Below, one piece after another: positions 39,607 through 51,984 of a stretch of DNA of 64,000 bases; position 1 is the first letter of the stretch, and the number at the start of each line of letters is the position of its first letter. This DNA comes from Neoechinorhynchus agilis (taxonomy: Eukaryota > Animalia > Acanthocephala). Position numbers and translations under genes: made by a program. The notes under the pieces were generated by a model. It was not told the origin of the DNA. It saw only the letters and a program-made list of their open reading frames with translations, and did no database searches. The stretch covers positions 18,454,784-18,518,783 of the forward strand of contig CM121341.1 of the NCBI GenBank assembly GCA_051530055.1, written 5' to 3'.

Positions 39607-40293
39607 ATGCTATCCCATCTTGCCAGTCGATTAATTGGATCGCATTTCACCACTGCATCCATCTTAAGGAACTGGAGACCATTCTCGGCCACTCCATCTC
39701 GCCTCTACGCTCAAGTGCGTCATCCAGCTCCGAGTTTCGCCGGAAAGGCTGTTCTTAATGGTGAATTTAAGGAGATTGCATTGAGTGATTACCAAGGCAA
39801 ATACTTGGTCTTATTTTTTTATCCTCTTGATTTCACGTTTGTTTGTCCGACTGAGTTAGTGGCCTTTAATAGGCGATTAAACGAATTTAAGGACATCAAC
39901 GCTGAAGTGGTTGGCGTCAGTACCGATTCTCATTTTTCGCATTTGGCATGGACAAATCTCAGTGAAAAACAGGGCGGTGTCGGTCAATTAGAGTACCCGC
40001 TTCTATCAGACTTTAACAAGTCCATTTCACGGGACTACGGTGTTCTACTCGATACCGATGGAATTGCTCTAAGAGGTTTGTTTGTGATTGATCCAACGTC
40101 AGTCATTCGCCATATCACCATTAACGATCTTCCCGTTGGACGCAGTGTGGATGAGGTTCTAAGAATTGTCAAAGCGTTTCAATTTGTAGAAACGCATGGT
40201 GAGGTATGTCCAGCAAATTGGTCGGAAGATAAGAATCCAAGAACAATCAAACCTGATCCAAAGGGATCGCTTGAGTATTTTAAAGACGTGTAG
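39607..40293 (+). CDS. PRDX3: Typical 2-Cys peroxiredoxin with mitochondrial-targeting-like N-terminus (PRDX3-like), intronless
   Basis: [14 protein letters not shown] (peroxidatic Cys), GEVCPANW (resolving Cys), SLEYF; Arg/Ser-rich leader MLSHLASRL..; the upstream in-frame ATG at 39490 is probably not the start. Confidence 0.9.
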   Translation: MLSHLASRLIGSHFTTASILRNWRPFSATPSRLYAQVRHPAPSFAGKAVLNGEFKEIALSDYQGKYLVLFFYPLDFTFVCPTELVAFNRRLNEFKDINAEVVGVSTDSHFSHLAWTNLSEKQGGVGQLEYPLLSDFNKSISRDYGVLLDTDGIALRGLFVIDPTSVIRHITINDLPVGRSVDEVLRIVKAFQFVETHGEVCPANWSEDKNPRTIKPDPKGSLEYFKDV

Positions 40294-40535
40294 GGTCGTC
40301 TTCCTTAAAAAATATATAAAAACTTTCTAAATCAAAGGGACCTTAAAGTCCACTTGAACTTACCAAAGTACCCTCTAAAACACACACATGATCAGACTAT
40401 CGATAACCAATACTTTTTAGCCTCGAGACACAAAGTGCTGCTCGATATTTAACTAAAAAATCTGCTTTTACTTTTATGAGAACGGGAATAATTGTTTGAA
40501 ATTCAAAATATCTTGAAAAATGAAACTGCTCATGA

Positions 40536-40721
40536 TTGTTGTGCAGTGGCGACAAAAATTTGGTAAATTTATCGAATCGATATTTCGGCCCAATCCAGAG
40601 CATTCATCAAGATTATTAAAGTGTTTTATTCGCACGTTAACAATCTTGATAAAGGCTCTGGATTGAGCCGAAATATCGATTCAATAAATTTACAAAATTT
40701 TTTGTCGCCACTACACAACAA
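40536..40721. repeat. Foldback (about 88-bp inverted arms) with a hammerhead motif in each arm
   Basis: Arms 40536-40623 and 40633-40721; AAUC-UUGAU(G/A)A-A-GGCUC-UGGAUU-GAGCC-GAA-AUAU-C-GAUU at 40642-40681. Confidence 0.85.
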
Positions 40722-40925
40722 TTCAAAATATCCATCGATAGAAAGTCCTTCGGGATAATAAAATTACACTTTCGGTGAGAATAATCCCGGTCATTACATA
40801 TTTTATTTATTCAAATATTTCGCGAGGCATCCTCGCCTCTTCAGTCATTGTTTGCAAGTGCTTTGAATAAATAAAATATGTAATGACCGGGATTATTCTC
40901 ACCGAAAGTGTAATTCAAAATATCT
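40721..40925. repeat. PLE pLTR-derived foldback (about 53-bp perfect arms) enclosing a degenerate hammerhead
   Basis: Arms about 40761-40815 and 40862-40915; same family as 31690-31790; CUGAAGA-G-GCGAGG-AUG-CCUCGC-GAA on minus. Confidence 0.85.
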
Positions 40926-41162
40926 TCAGAAACGAATGGAGGAAAAAATGGTTCTAAATTGAAGATTTTATAGGCGAGATTTTATTTTTTCTTCAGATAC
41001 ACCAGGTTTGATTTTAAGGTTGAAGAATTTTATGTTCATACCTCACTCTTTAATCCAATTGTTCTAAGACGAATGACGCTCAATCTCTAGAATTTCCACT
41101 GACAAATAGCAACCAAGTTATTCCCAAACATCAAAGCACAGAGAAGATATGTTAGTTACCTA

Positions 41163-44160
41163 GTTTTTTTTTGTCGAAACAATTTATTTTAAAATGATTA
41201 AATCGTCCCCCGGACGCTGACCGCATTTCCTCGTTGGATTGCGAGGCTTATTCTTTGTATCAGGAAAATCCTCTCGCGTCGCTCCCCTGTTTCTGCTGCA
41301 AGTCGTCTTCCGAGTTCGGCACAAAAGCTTCGTGCCGAAGATCCCAGCGCCCCTTGTGTCTCCACGCCGAAAGGAAGGAAAATGTAATTTTGTTTCAGCT
41401 CATTGTATTTCTCCGCTTTCCTCCTTTCGGCGGCACTCGCTGCTCCTCCCGTCTCCGCTAAAGCATCTTGCCGGTTGGACATGGCGAGTGGGTCCACGCA
41501 TGTTGCGTCCCAAATTAGACTCTTCCCTTCTTTCCAAGGGAAAACGGTTATACCGTCGGGACGCTTACCATCCGAGCGACAGAGGTGATTGGGCTCCAGG
41601 ATGGTTGGAACGTGGATCGAGTTCAGAGCTCTGTTAATGATCGCGTTGAGCTCTGCGTGCCTTGGGAAACGACCGCTAGATCTCTTGCAGTAGAGTCCAT
41701 GTCTCCCGAGCACGTCAACTTTTATTCCACATCGGCACTGGTGTGGGGCACAGGTTGGAAGTCCTAAACGTAGAGCGACGGCTATTCGAACTGTCTCGTC
41801 GTCCAGCAAAGTTCCCAAAGTACCAATTGGCAAAACGTTCAACCATGCGCCTGACTCATTCGAGAAACTGGCCACAAGTCTAGCTTGAGACATCTCGTCC
41901 ATCTGGCCTTTTAGTTTGTTGTGAGCCGTCAGGATTAAGGGGTTATCCCAAGCAGATTGTTCGTGCGCGTTGGTTGGAGCTTGTTGCAGACCGGTCTGCG
42001 AGAGCCATGATGTGACTCCCTGTTTCAATAGTTTGCATGGCTTCGGCATTCTGTTTAAAAGAATTTCCCCCTGTAATTCCTCCGTCTTGTGCATCGAGGA
42101 TACGAATGCCGGAAGGGCCAAACCAGCCACACTTCGTAAGCCTAAACCTCCGTATTTGATCGGAAGGGCAGCTTGTTGCCAAGCTTCATCAGTGATGGCG
42201 CAGTTCGTTACCTTCTCAAGATGCTTTTTCATCAAACCATCTAAGTCAAGGAGACGTTTGGTGTGTCGGAAGTACGGGGCTGCTCTCATCTTGAACATAA
42301 GCTTCGGTATGTATAGGCAGTTTCTCACCAAGAAGAGAGCTTCGTGTGCATTCAATTCTTGAACGCAGGAGCACAAAAGATCCAGTTTAGGGAGCTCTTC
42401 TTCAATCTCGCGATCTATGTTCGCATCCAGGACGCAACTGCCGAGAAGAGTGAAGCTTTGCCGGTTGATTAATCGGATTCCTGGGGCAACGGATTCGAAG
42501 GACTGCATTATATCCGCCATGTGAGAATGTGAAATATTTAGTGGCAATAGTTCACACTTCGCGGGGTTGACACGTAGGCCAAATTCCGCAGCAGAAATAA
42601 GCAGGGATTGCAGGTCTTCTAGAAGCGTCTTTGGGTCACCGCCCAATGTCGCGTCATCCAAGTACCAGACGTTCAAACTTGCCTTGAGCTTACGAGATAT
42701 TCCATTGGTTGTTAAGGAAAATCCTATGGGGCCGAGAGGATCGCCTTGTTGCAGGCCTGTTTCGGACCAAATGGTGTGCTCGTTGAAATGTAGAGGTGTC
42801 TTAGAACCATACGCCTTCACAAAGTATTCATAGGCTTCAGGTAATTCTCGAGCAATGGTACTTAGCAAGGCTGTTCGATCGACTGTATTAAAGGCGTTCG
42901 AAAAGTCGACTTTTAGGACAACCGTTGGGGTGGCAGAGGCGTCGATATAGGTATGTGTGGAGTGCACTATCGCTTCTGCTCCACATGGAGTACAGCAGCC
43001 CAACTGAAAAGGTCTGAGTTGCTCACTTACCCTTTCGCTCAGTCGCTTACACAAAATCTTCCCTGCCAAACGTCCTAGAGTGCAGCCCACAGCTATCGGA
43101 CGAATATCTCCGTTTGATTTGGAAAGGGCGCAAAGAGATGCCGAGAATAGAAAATTCGTTGCTTCAAGTGGGAGAGGTCCATTTATGATTTCGTCGACCA
43201 CATTAACGAGTTAGGTTTCGAGCTTCATTCCCATCACTCCCGTTCCAAATCCCAACATATCCTTGATGTGTTGGGGTCGAAGTCCGTCGGGTCCATGTCC
43301 CGACCCATTGGGGAACGAGGATACAGCACATCTAAGTTCCTCCCGCGTGCACCTCGTCGATTGACGCGACTTTTCCGGTATCGGGGGCAAAATCGGTGGC
43401 AAAGCTGAAGGATGCTTACTTCTCAACGCCTCCAGTGTCGAGCGGTCGTTGTCCGCAAACGTAGCTGTGGAACTGAGTAACCTGACCGCTCCACGGACAT
43501 CTGCGTCTGCCAATTTGGCAGAAATCCTATTACTCAAATTATAAGGACGGCCGAAGGGTCCTTCTGGACGTTTCTTGGCAAGAGTTTGATTATTGTAACT
43601 TTTCGTCACAGCCTCCTCAAAAAGTCGATCAAAATTGGTTATCCGCTGCTTGATGGTGGTCGTGAGGTTGGACTCGGGGTCACGGCTAGTACTCAGAACC
43701 AATTTTGGAAAGGCGAATAAACGTGAATAGTTTGTATTCGTCGGTTCAGATAGGCAGTTTGCCAGCAGCTTAGAAGACCATTTCACAGCAGCCATTCCTG
43801 GCTCCTTTTGGAATCCTCTTCAAGACCGTTTTTGGAAGATATTGTAAGAGGCGCTTCATCACATTTTGAGTTTCGAGACTGTCGATGATAAAAGGTTTGT
43901 CCAACACTGGTGGAAGGGAAGATCCAGGGCATCGAGATCGTACCGGGCCATGTTTTCGAATGAGCCCACTTATCGTCACACCTATGACGCAATCGCATAC
44001 AGTACAGCGAGTCGAAATCGAGGGCGAAGTGGGCGGAGGGAAGAGATCTGCCTCCGTTGGCATGAGCGGCATTGTTTGTAAGTGTTTACTACTTTGGTGA
44101 AAATTGAATAATAACTGTTCAGCAATGGGAAGAACGGTCTCTTGTTCAATGTCCACCTAT
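41163..44160 (-). mobile_element. Near-complete CRE-clade non-LTR retrotransposon (zinc finger, RT, RLE); one frameshift and one stop
   Basis: CTVC..KH..C finger, LQQGDPLGP, YLDD, CRCG..GRHGLYC, RPDG..WDATC, SLAIQRGN; A-tail at 41163-41170; ORF segments 43770-44156, 43211-43795, 41198-43201. Confidence 0.95.
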
Positions 44161-44339
44161 GCAAAAATAACGTCAGTAAACTAAACGCTGTTCATACAAC
44201 CATCCAAGAACAAAAAAGAATCGTTACTTTGATCTCCGAACCAGGAAGTTTTCAGCTTTATGCTTCACGGAGATAAACTTTGACTGTTTGTTAACCATAA
44301 AATCGGTCAATTATAATTCGAACGATTTCGAAATTCAAG

Positions 44340-44553
44340 CTATTTGTGAAAATTTGTAAGAAATATATTCTTTACATCCTCACAATTTTATATTAAGAAT
44401 TCTACCAATAGGGCTCTGATTTACGAAATGACGAAAATAAATCAAATGCAGGGGAAAATCAACTGTGCAAATTTTAGAAGCTTTTCTATGAAACATTTCA
44501 AGGCGACGGGGTTTGTGATATGGACAGATTGCAAAAGACGGGATAACGGTTAG
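44340..44553 (-). mobile_element. CR1/L2-like RT 3' part (continuation of 51984-53100)
   Basis: YPVFCNLSISQ..RRLEMFHRKASKIC continues FILPSLTNSYP across the RTE insertion. Confidence 0.8.
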
Positions 44554-47500
44554 TCTTCTTTCTTCGTGCTTATCCCTTTTCGGGGTCGCACAAAAATGTA
44601 CAATCAAACATAGTTCATCATCATCTCTCTAGACCGCTTGTCCTCTGCAACTGCGTCTTTCCACCTTTTTTGGGTCTGCTCCGTCTCCTTGTTCCCTCAA
44701 ACTCCATTTCCACTATTTCGGATATAAATGTGTCGCGAGTTCCATTTTTTTACTTTCTCGCTCCATTTGATCCTTCGTTGCTGAATTAAGTCTTTCACAC
44801 GCACATATTTATTTGGAATAATGTCTCTCCAGGTGATTCCAGCCATCCATTGCAACATATTCATCTCGGCCACCTGCAGTCTTTTGATGTGGCTCTTCAT
44901 GGTACTCCATATCTCTGAGCCATAAATCATCGCTGGCCGTATCGCAGTCTTAAAGACTTGACCTTTTATCATCAGTGGTACCTTATCATCACAAATGATC
45001 CCTGCGAGACTTCTCCATTTCATCCACCCGTTTTGAATCCTAGCGCTTATTTCGGCTGTCATGTCGTTTCCCCTCGATACGAATGAACCCAGATATTTGA
45101 AGTTCTCAGCTTTGTTCAGTTGCGTATCTTGTAAGCAAATGCTTTTCGGTCCGACATAGACGGTTTTATCCCTCGAGATATGTAGACCATTTCCTCCCAG
45201 GGCCTATCTCCATTTTTCCAGGTCTTAATGTAGTTCTTGGCATGTATGGCTCGACAATACAATATCATCAGCAAATAAAATATTCCACGGAGCACCTCTA
45301 TTTAGCGGTTCGCTGATTACGTCCATGATTATCACGAATAAATATGGACTTAGTGCTGATCCTTGATGTAGTCCAGCTTTCACGGGGAATTCGCTCGTGT
45401 TTCCGACCGGGGTTCTTACTATTACCTTGCATTCCTTGTACATATCTTGTATTACTCGAACGTATACCGCTGGACAGAATTTCCTGCTCAGGCACATCCA
45501 TATCAGATCTCTGGGGACGGTATCGTAGGCCTTTTCGAGGTCAATGAAGACACTGTGCAGCTCTTTCTGCTTTTCATAGCACTTTTCGTACAACTGTCTC
45601 ATTGCAAATATTGCATCTATGCTACTTCTGGCTGGCATAAAGCCTCTCTGAATTTCAGATATTGATATTTCACTCCTCAAGCGTCGGCCAATTATTCGCT
45701 CGTACAGCTTCATCGTGTGACATATCAATTTGATTCCTCTGTAGCAGCTGCAATCTCTTACATCCCCTTTTCCTTTGAAAATCGGGATCATAATACTTCG
45801 CCTCCATTCGTCTGGAATCCGCCCAGCATCGAAGATACGTCGTACAAATTTAGTCAATAAATGAATAGCATCATCTCCCAAGACTTTCCAGAAATCTATA
45901 GGTATTTCATCTGGTCCGGTCGCTTTGCCGTTTTTCATTTTGGAAAGAGCTATCCTGACTTCTTATTCGATATGATTTGTAATAATCCTTGATTCAATTT
46001 TTCATTTCCACTTTTTCCTCAGCGATTTTCGGAATTCAGAAGTTGTTCGAAATAACTTTTCCATCTCTCTCGAATGTTTTCATCGTTGTGCAAAACGTTA
46101 CCTTCGTTATCTTTGACTTGCCTCACACTCGTTACGTCTTTCGATTTTTGGTCTTTGATTCTTCCAACTTTGAATACATACGAATTTCCTTCCTCCTGTA
46201 TCCTCGAATAGAAAGCCGCATCTGCTTCTTGCTTCGAAATCATCACCGTTACCTTTGCTCTTCTTTTGGCCTCCTTGTATATTTTCTTGTTTTCCTCAAA
46301 TCTATCAAGGTCCATCTTTTTTTGGCCTCTTTTTTGGCTGTCACTGCTATCCGGACTGCATCGTTCCACTACCAAGTTGTCCTTTTAGGTCCTTTTCTCC
46401 CGGAGGTTTGCCCGAAAGTTTCCCTTCCGACGCACCGTATGAACTCTGCTGTTTTAGTCCACCAAACATTAGGGTCCTCGATGTCATACTCTATATTGCC
46501 GATCACCATCTTCTTGAACTTGTCTCAACTTTGCGGTTCTTCGACGCGCCACCATTTGATCTTGCGATTTGTCTGATATTTTCTTCGATTGATGTTTCGA
46601 ATTTGAAGATCAATCAATAATGGTCGATGTTCTGTGGTGCATATTTCTCCTAGAACAATTTTTGAGTCTAACTTCTTTCCGTTTACTTTGTGGATACAGA
46701 ATGTAGTCGATTTGAGTTTGTCGTCCACCGCTACTATGTGACAAGGTGTCTCGTCGGTTTCTGAAGGAATGTGTTTGCGATCCTCAAATCGTTTGCTAAT
46801 GCGAAATCCACAATACATTCGCCCTTCTGATTTCTGTTTCCGAGGCCCTTTCTGCCATGCACTTGGTGACATCCTACGTTCTCAGCTCCCACGTGACCAT
46901 TGAAATCCCCACAAACAGCATATCGATCCTCTTTCGTTACATTTCGCATAACGTCATACAAGTCTTCCCAAAACTCGTCTTTCTCCTGCTGTGGAAGGCC
47001 GGCTTGTGGAGCATAACAGGACACTATTACCATACATTGACCTCCAAGATCTATCCTCATCCACATCATTTTATCGCTTTTTCGGTTCACTTCGATCACT
47101 CTGTCTGTATACGTGTTGCTCAAAATTACTCCGACCCCATTTCGTCCGGTTGGTGTTCCATTGTAGAACAACTTATAACTGTGGTAAGTACGCTATTGAT
47201 TGGGCTAGCGTAAATGGGCATAAAATAGTGTGTGTTGTACAAAAACAGTTTTGTTGAAATAAACTGGTCGGCTGTTTGGTTCATCCACCATGTCAACATC
47301 TGGCGACGAGGACAAACGGAAGACATGGATGGAGGGTATCATGGGACAGCAGAAGGTGTGGATGGAAGAGATGTTCAAAATGGTGTCCAAGGCCCAGATT
47401 GAACAGAAAAATGTGACACGGGGAGCACAGATAACCCCATTCCGCACTTTCGATGGAGTCGAGAACTGGGCCGAGTACGTAGAACAAGCCGAAGCCCACA

Positions 47501-50500
47501 TGGAAATCAATGGAATCAAAGAAAGCGACGAACAAAAGCGTAGATCTTGTCTATTGGCCTGGATGGGTCCAAAGATTTACACAGAGCTAAAGAAGATGGT
47601 AGCCGGCCGACCGTTCGACGAAGTCAGCTATGTAGATGTCAAGTCGCTGATTGACGCTCACGTAGCACAGCCAATGCGCCAGATAACGGCGCGCTACCTC
47701 TTTAGTACATGCCGTAAAGCAGAAGGACAAACTCACGCCGAGTGGGCTACAGCACTACGAGGAGCTGCACGAGGATGCGGTTTCTACAACAAGGAAGTTA
47801 AGGATGAACGATCAGCGGTCGACGAAAGGATTAAAGATCATATTATCGTGGCGACACCTTTGAAAGCTTTAAGAAAAGCTGCGATGCAAGGCAAGGATTC
47901 AGCATCATTGGAGGAAGTCTTAAAGATTGCCGAAGCGATCGAGGTAGCAGAAAAGGCGAGTGAGCTGTTATGTGATTCAAAAAGTAACGAGCGTTCGGAT
48001 CAAAGAGGAGAGGTCGAGGTTGATCGAATAATAAGAAGTCAAAGGTTCCCAAGGAAATCAGAGGATAAGCGAGTACAAGAACCGAAAGAGAAGTTCGGTA
48101 ATCGATGTGGAAAGTACGGATTCGTTCATCGAGATAAAGTTCAATGTCCGGCAAGTAGAGGAAAATGTTACATGTGTGGTATCAGCGGACATTTTGCCCG
48201 AATGTGTAGAAAAGCGGGGGTTAGACAAGTAGAAGCTGTAAAAGGAGTGCAGCCTAGAGAGGATGAGTGGGAACTTAATAAAGGTTATGGTTGTTATGGG
48301 CTAATCTGCACTGCAAATGACGAGGGTAATCGAGCAGAAATAACGGCGAGGGTCGATGGATGTCAAGTGACAATGAATTTTGATACTGGCGCGGAAGTTA
48401 GTATCATCGACGAGGATATGTGGAATAGGATCGGAAAGCCGAGTTTGAAAGCGACGAAGCGATTGAAGGCGTTTGGAGGATCCGAAATCGACTGACTGGG
48501 CAAGTGCAAAGTGAGAATCGAAACAAGAGGGATAAAGAAGAATTCAGTGGTGCACGTGGTAAAAGGAACGAAGGGATGTTTATGGGGGATTGACTGGATA
48601 AAGCTGTTTGATATGGAGTTACCCCTTTCAGTGATCGTCAGGGGAATAAAGACCGTACAGGAGTCAGTGGATGAGATGCTAAAACAGCTTAAAGTACTTT
48701 TCGAGGAGAAGTGTACCCCCATCAGGAATTTCAGAGTAACACTGCCGATTGCAGACGGTGCTCAGCCCACGTGGATACCAGCGAGGAGAGTGCCGTGGGC
48801 ATTACAGGATGCGGTAGTTAAAGAAATGGAACGATTGACGAACAAGGGGGTATTGGAACGAGTGGAGACAGGCGACACAAATTTAGAATGGGGAACCCCT
48901 ATGGTCATCACGAAGAAAAGTAATGGACAAATACGAATCTGTGCGGATTTCAGAATCACCATCAATAAAGCTTTAAGGCAGGACAGCTATCATATGCCAA
49001 CTTTCGACGACATGCTACAGAGATTGGGGAATGGCAAGAAGTACTCTACTATTGATTTATCGGATGCTTACTTGCAGTTAGAGGTGGCAGACGACCATAG
49101 GAAACTCCTAAATATATCGACTCCATGGGGATTGTTCCGGTACCGGAGGATGCCGTTCGGACTAAGTTGCGCTCCGCAGATATTCCAGAAATTTATAGAC
49201 AATTTGTTGATAGATATCCCAAGTACCGGAGCTTATCTCGACGATATAATTATCTCCGGAAAGAATGACGCAGAACATCTCCAAAATTTAAAGGCAGTGC
49301 TCGAGCGACTTGAGGAGGCAGGGATAGGCATCAAAAGAGATAAATGTAGATTTATGGAAGCACAGGTGAGGTATTTGGGGCACAGCTTGGAAGACGGGAA
49401 AATAAAACCGCAAGGAGAAAAGGTGACTGCGATAACGTCGGCGCGATACCCACGAAATAAAAAAAGAGCTTAAGTCGTTCATCGGTATGGTCAACTATCT
49501 AGAACGCCTCATTCCCGAATTGCAATCTCACTGCAAGGGATTGTATGCGTTACTGAAACAAGGAGTTCCGTGGAAATGGGGAAAGTATGAGAAGGACATC
49601 TTCGATGGAGTAAAGCGAGTGGTCCAAAATCACAAGGTCTTAGTACCTTTCGATATCAAAAGAATGACTGTGCTGACATGCGACGCAAGCGAAGAAGGAA
49701 TTGGTGCGGGATTGTTCCATAAGAAGGAAGATGGGAGCAAAGAACCGATCATGTTTGTATCCCGGACACTTACCTCAGCGGAAAAGAAATACGCGACTAT
49801 AGAAAAGGAAGCTTTAGCAATCGTCAGCTCGATCAAGAGGTTCCACCAATTCTTATATGGACATCGATTCATCTTAGAGACCGATCACAAACCCCTGAAG
49901 CATATTTTTGGAATGCGGTTGTCCAAGATGACGAATAATCGACTGGTACGCTGGGGCCTGTTCTTGAATCAATACGACTTTGAGATCGAATATGTTCAAG
50001 GGGTGAACAAATGTGCTGATTTTTTGTCGAGATTTCCGGTAGACCCTCCAAAGCAGAAATACTCAGAGGAGGAGACAATAACGCTACGAATGGTGCAAGA
50101 GGAGAAGGTGGAGGCTTGCGGTTTAACGGAGTCAAGATTGAAAGCGGAATCGATTAAAGATCGTCAACTGGTAAGGATTGGACGATATTTGCAGCTCGGA
50201 TGGCCGAAAACGATGCTCGATACGGACAGGCAGTTCGCGGCCCGAGCAGATGAGTTATCCTGCGAAAACGGCATTGTCATGCACTTACAAAGAATTGTCA
50301 TCCCATTTTCTCTTAGAAAGGAAGTGTTAGATATGTTACATCGTGGTCATCCAGGAATTGAAGGCACAAAAGCTCTATGCCGATATTACGCATGGTGGCC
50401 CGGTATAGAAGATGACATACGGCGGAAGGTAGAAGGTTGCGAAAGGTGCCAAATAGCCCGACCAAATATTCAACAACTGCCGCTTATACCTTGGGACTAT

Positions 50501-51983
50501 CCGGCGGAAGTGTGGGAGCGCGTGCACATCGATTTGGCGGGACCGACAAACTCCAAGATGTATTTGGCGATCGTAGATGCAAGGAGTAAGTGGCCCGAGG
50601 TTTGGTTCTTCAATACATGCAAAATAACATCCGAAATGGTGATCGATCGGATGAGGGAAACATTTGCTCGATTCGGGACTCCAAAGAAAATTGTGAGCGA
50701 TAACGGGCCTCAATTTATGTCGCAACAGTTCAAGGCGTTTGGCGAAGAAAATGGGATCGAGATCATAAAGGCGAGTCCTTACCACCCACAAACGAATGGG
50801 TTGGTAGAACGATTTATAGGAACCCTTAAACGACGCGGAATGGCAGGGGAAGGAATGGATACTCGAAGGGCACTTACGGAATTTCTACAAACATACAGAA
50901 ACACGCATCATGCAATCACAGGAAAAGCTCCAGCAGAAATGATGTTAGGGAGGAGGATGAATACAGTGTTCGACAATATCAGACCAAATACAGAGGAAAC
51001 AGTGCGAAACAGGACAGCGCGAAGACAGAGGCAGAGACCAGATGAGCGTTATCGCGAGTTTGGGGAAGGCAATGAAGTGTGGTGGAAAAAAGGAAGAGCT
51101 GGGAAATGGCAAAAGGGAGTCGTGGAGCAACGATCAGGACCGGTGTCCTATCGAATCGTGGATAAAAAAAGGAACGCAAAATAGGGCGCACGGGGATCTC
51201 GTGAGGAAAAGGGAAGAAGACTACGAAGAATGTGAACAAGAAAAGGATAATGTAAGCATAAAGGTTGAAGAGGAAGAACTTCAAAGGAAGGTAGAGTTCG
51301 ATGCAGAAGATGGAGGTGAAGTCACGAAATCATGGCAGGCCGAGATGCAATCGAAGTTAAAGAAGGACGAGGACCGAGAGCACGCAACACCTTTCTTAAG
51401 GAGAAGTCAACGTCATCGGAGGCCTCCTATACGGCCGTACGACGAATACCGCAAAATAGGTTAGGAATTTGCGGGGGAGGAAATGTGGTAAGTACGCTAT
51501 TGATTGGGCTAGCGTAAATGGGCATAAAATAGTGTGTGTTGTACAAAAACAGTTTTGTTGAAATAAACTGGTCGGCTGTTTGGTTCATCCACCATGTCAA
51601 CAATAACCATCACCCAATTCCCTTACTTTTCATCCCCTCCACCTCAGTTCCTGGACACATAGAATACCAATCTTTCTTCGCTTCATCCTATCTACAACCT
51701 CCATTGATTTCCCTGTCATCGTACCCACGTTGAGGGTTCCGACTCTTATATTTCGCTGCTTCGTAAATTTTTGCTATTTCGTTAAATTATACACAGAGTC
51801 CGAGCGTATTCTCTGCGCGTCGCCTACGGGGAACGCCTTAGTCCGAGGTCTTGTAATCGTTTGATTGTTTATTTTCGGTTTTATTGGAGCGAAATGTTTT
51901 ACAGCCGGATGCCCTTCCTGCAGCCAACCTTCCCCATTTATCCGGGCGTGGGACCGGCATCAGGCTTCCCCGATGGCTGGGTT
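44554..51983 (-). mobile_element. Full-length (about 3.0 kb net) degenerate RTE-clade LINE inserted in an L2-like element and interrupted by an LTR element
   Basis: 16-bp TSD acgggataac(g/t)gttag at 44538-44553 and 51984-51999; APE (ILCVQE..GDGYKLFYNG..GDFNGHVG), RT (GLHQGSALSP, FADD); 3' end gcgaccccgaaaagggataagcacgaagaaagaaga. Confidence 0.93.
47180..51602 (+). mobile_element. Mag-like Ty3/gypsy LTR retrotransposon with identical LTRs
   Basis: 119-bp identical LTRs 47180-47298 and 51484-51602; TSD ATAAC; PBS TGGCGACGAGG at 47301; PPT gcgggggaggaaa; single gag-pol (CYMCGISGHFARMC, FDTGA, YLDD, ETDHKPL, HPG..CERC, SDNGPQF) broken by TGA at 48493 and two +1 A indels. Confidence 0.97.
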
Positions 51984-51984
51984 A
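51924..51984 (-). ncRNA. Twister ribozyme motif (type P1) at the RTE 5' end
   Basis: U^AAC CCA GCC [AUCGGG-GAAG-CCUGAU] GCCGG UCCC AC GC CCGG AUAAA UGGG GA AGG: P2 CCCA/UGGG, P3, P4 CCGG/CCGG and twister-conserved UAA, GCC, UCCC, GC, AUAAA all present; two core substitutions. Confidence 0.85.
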
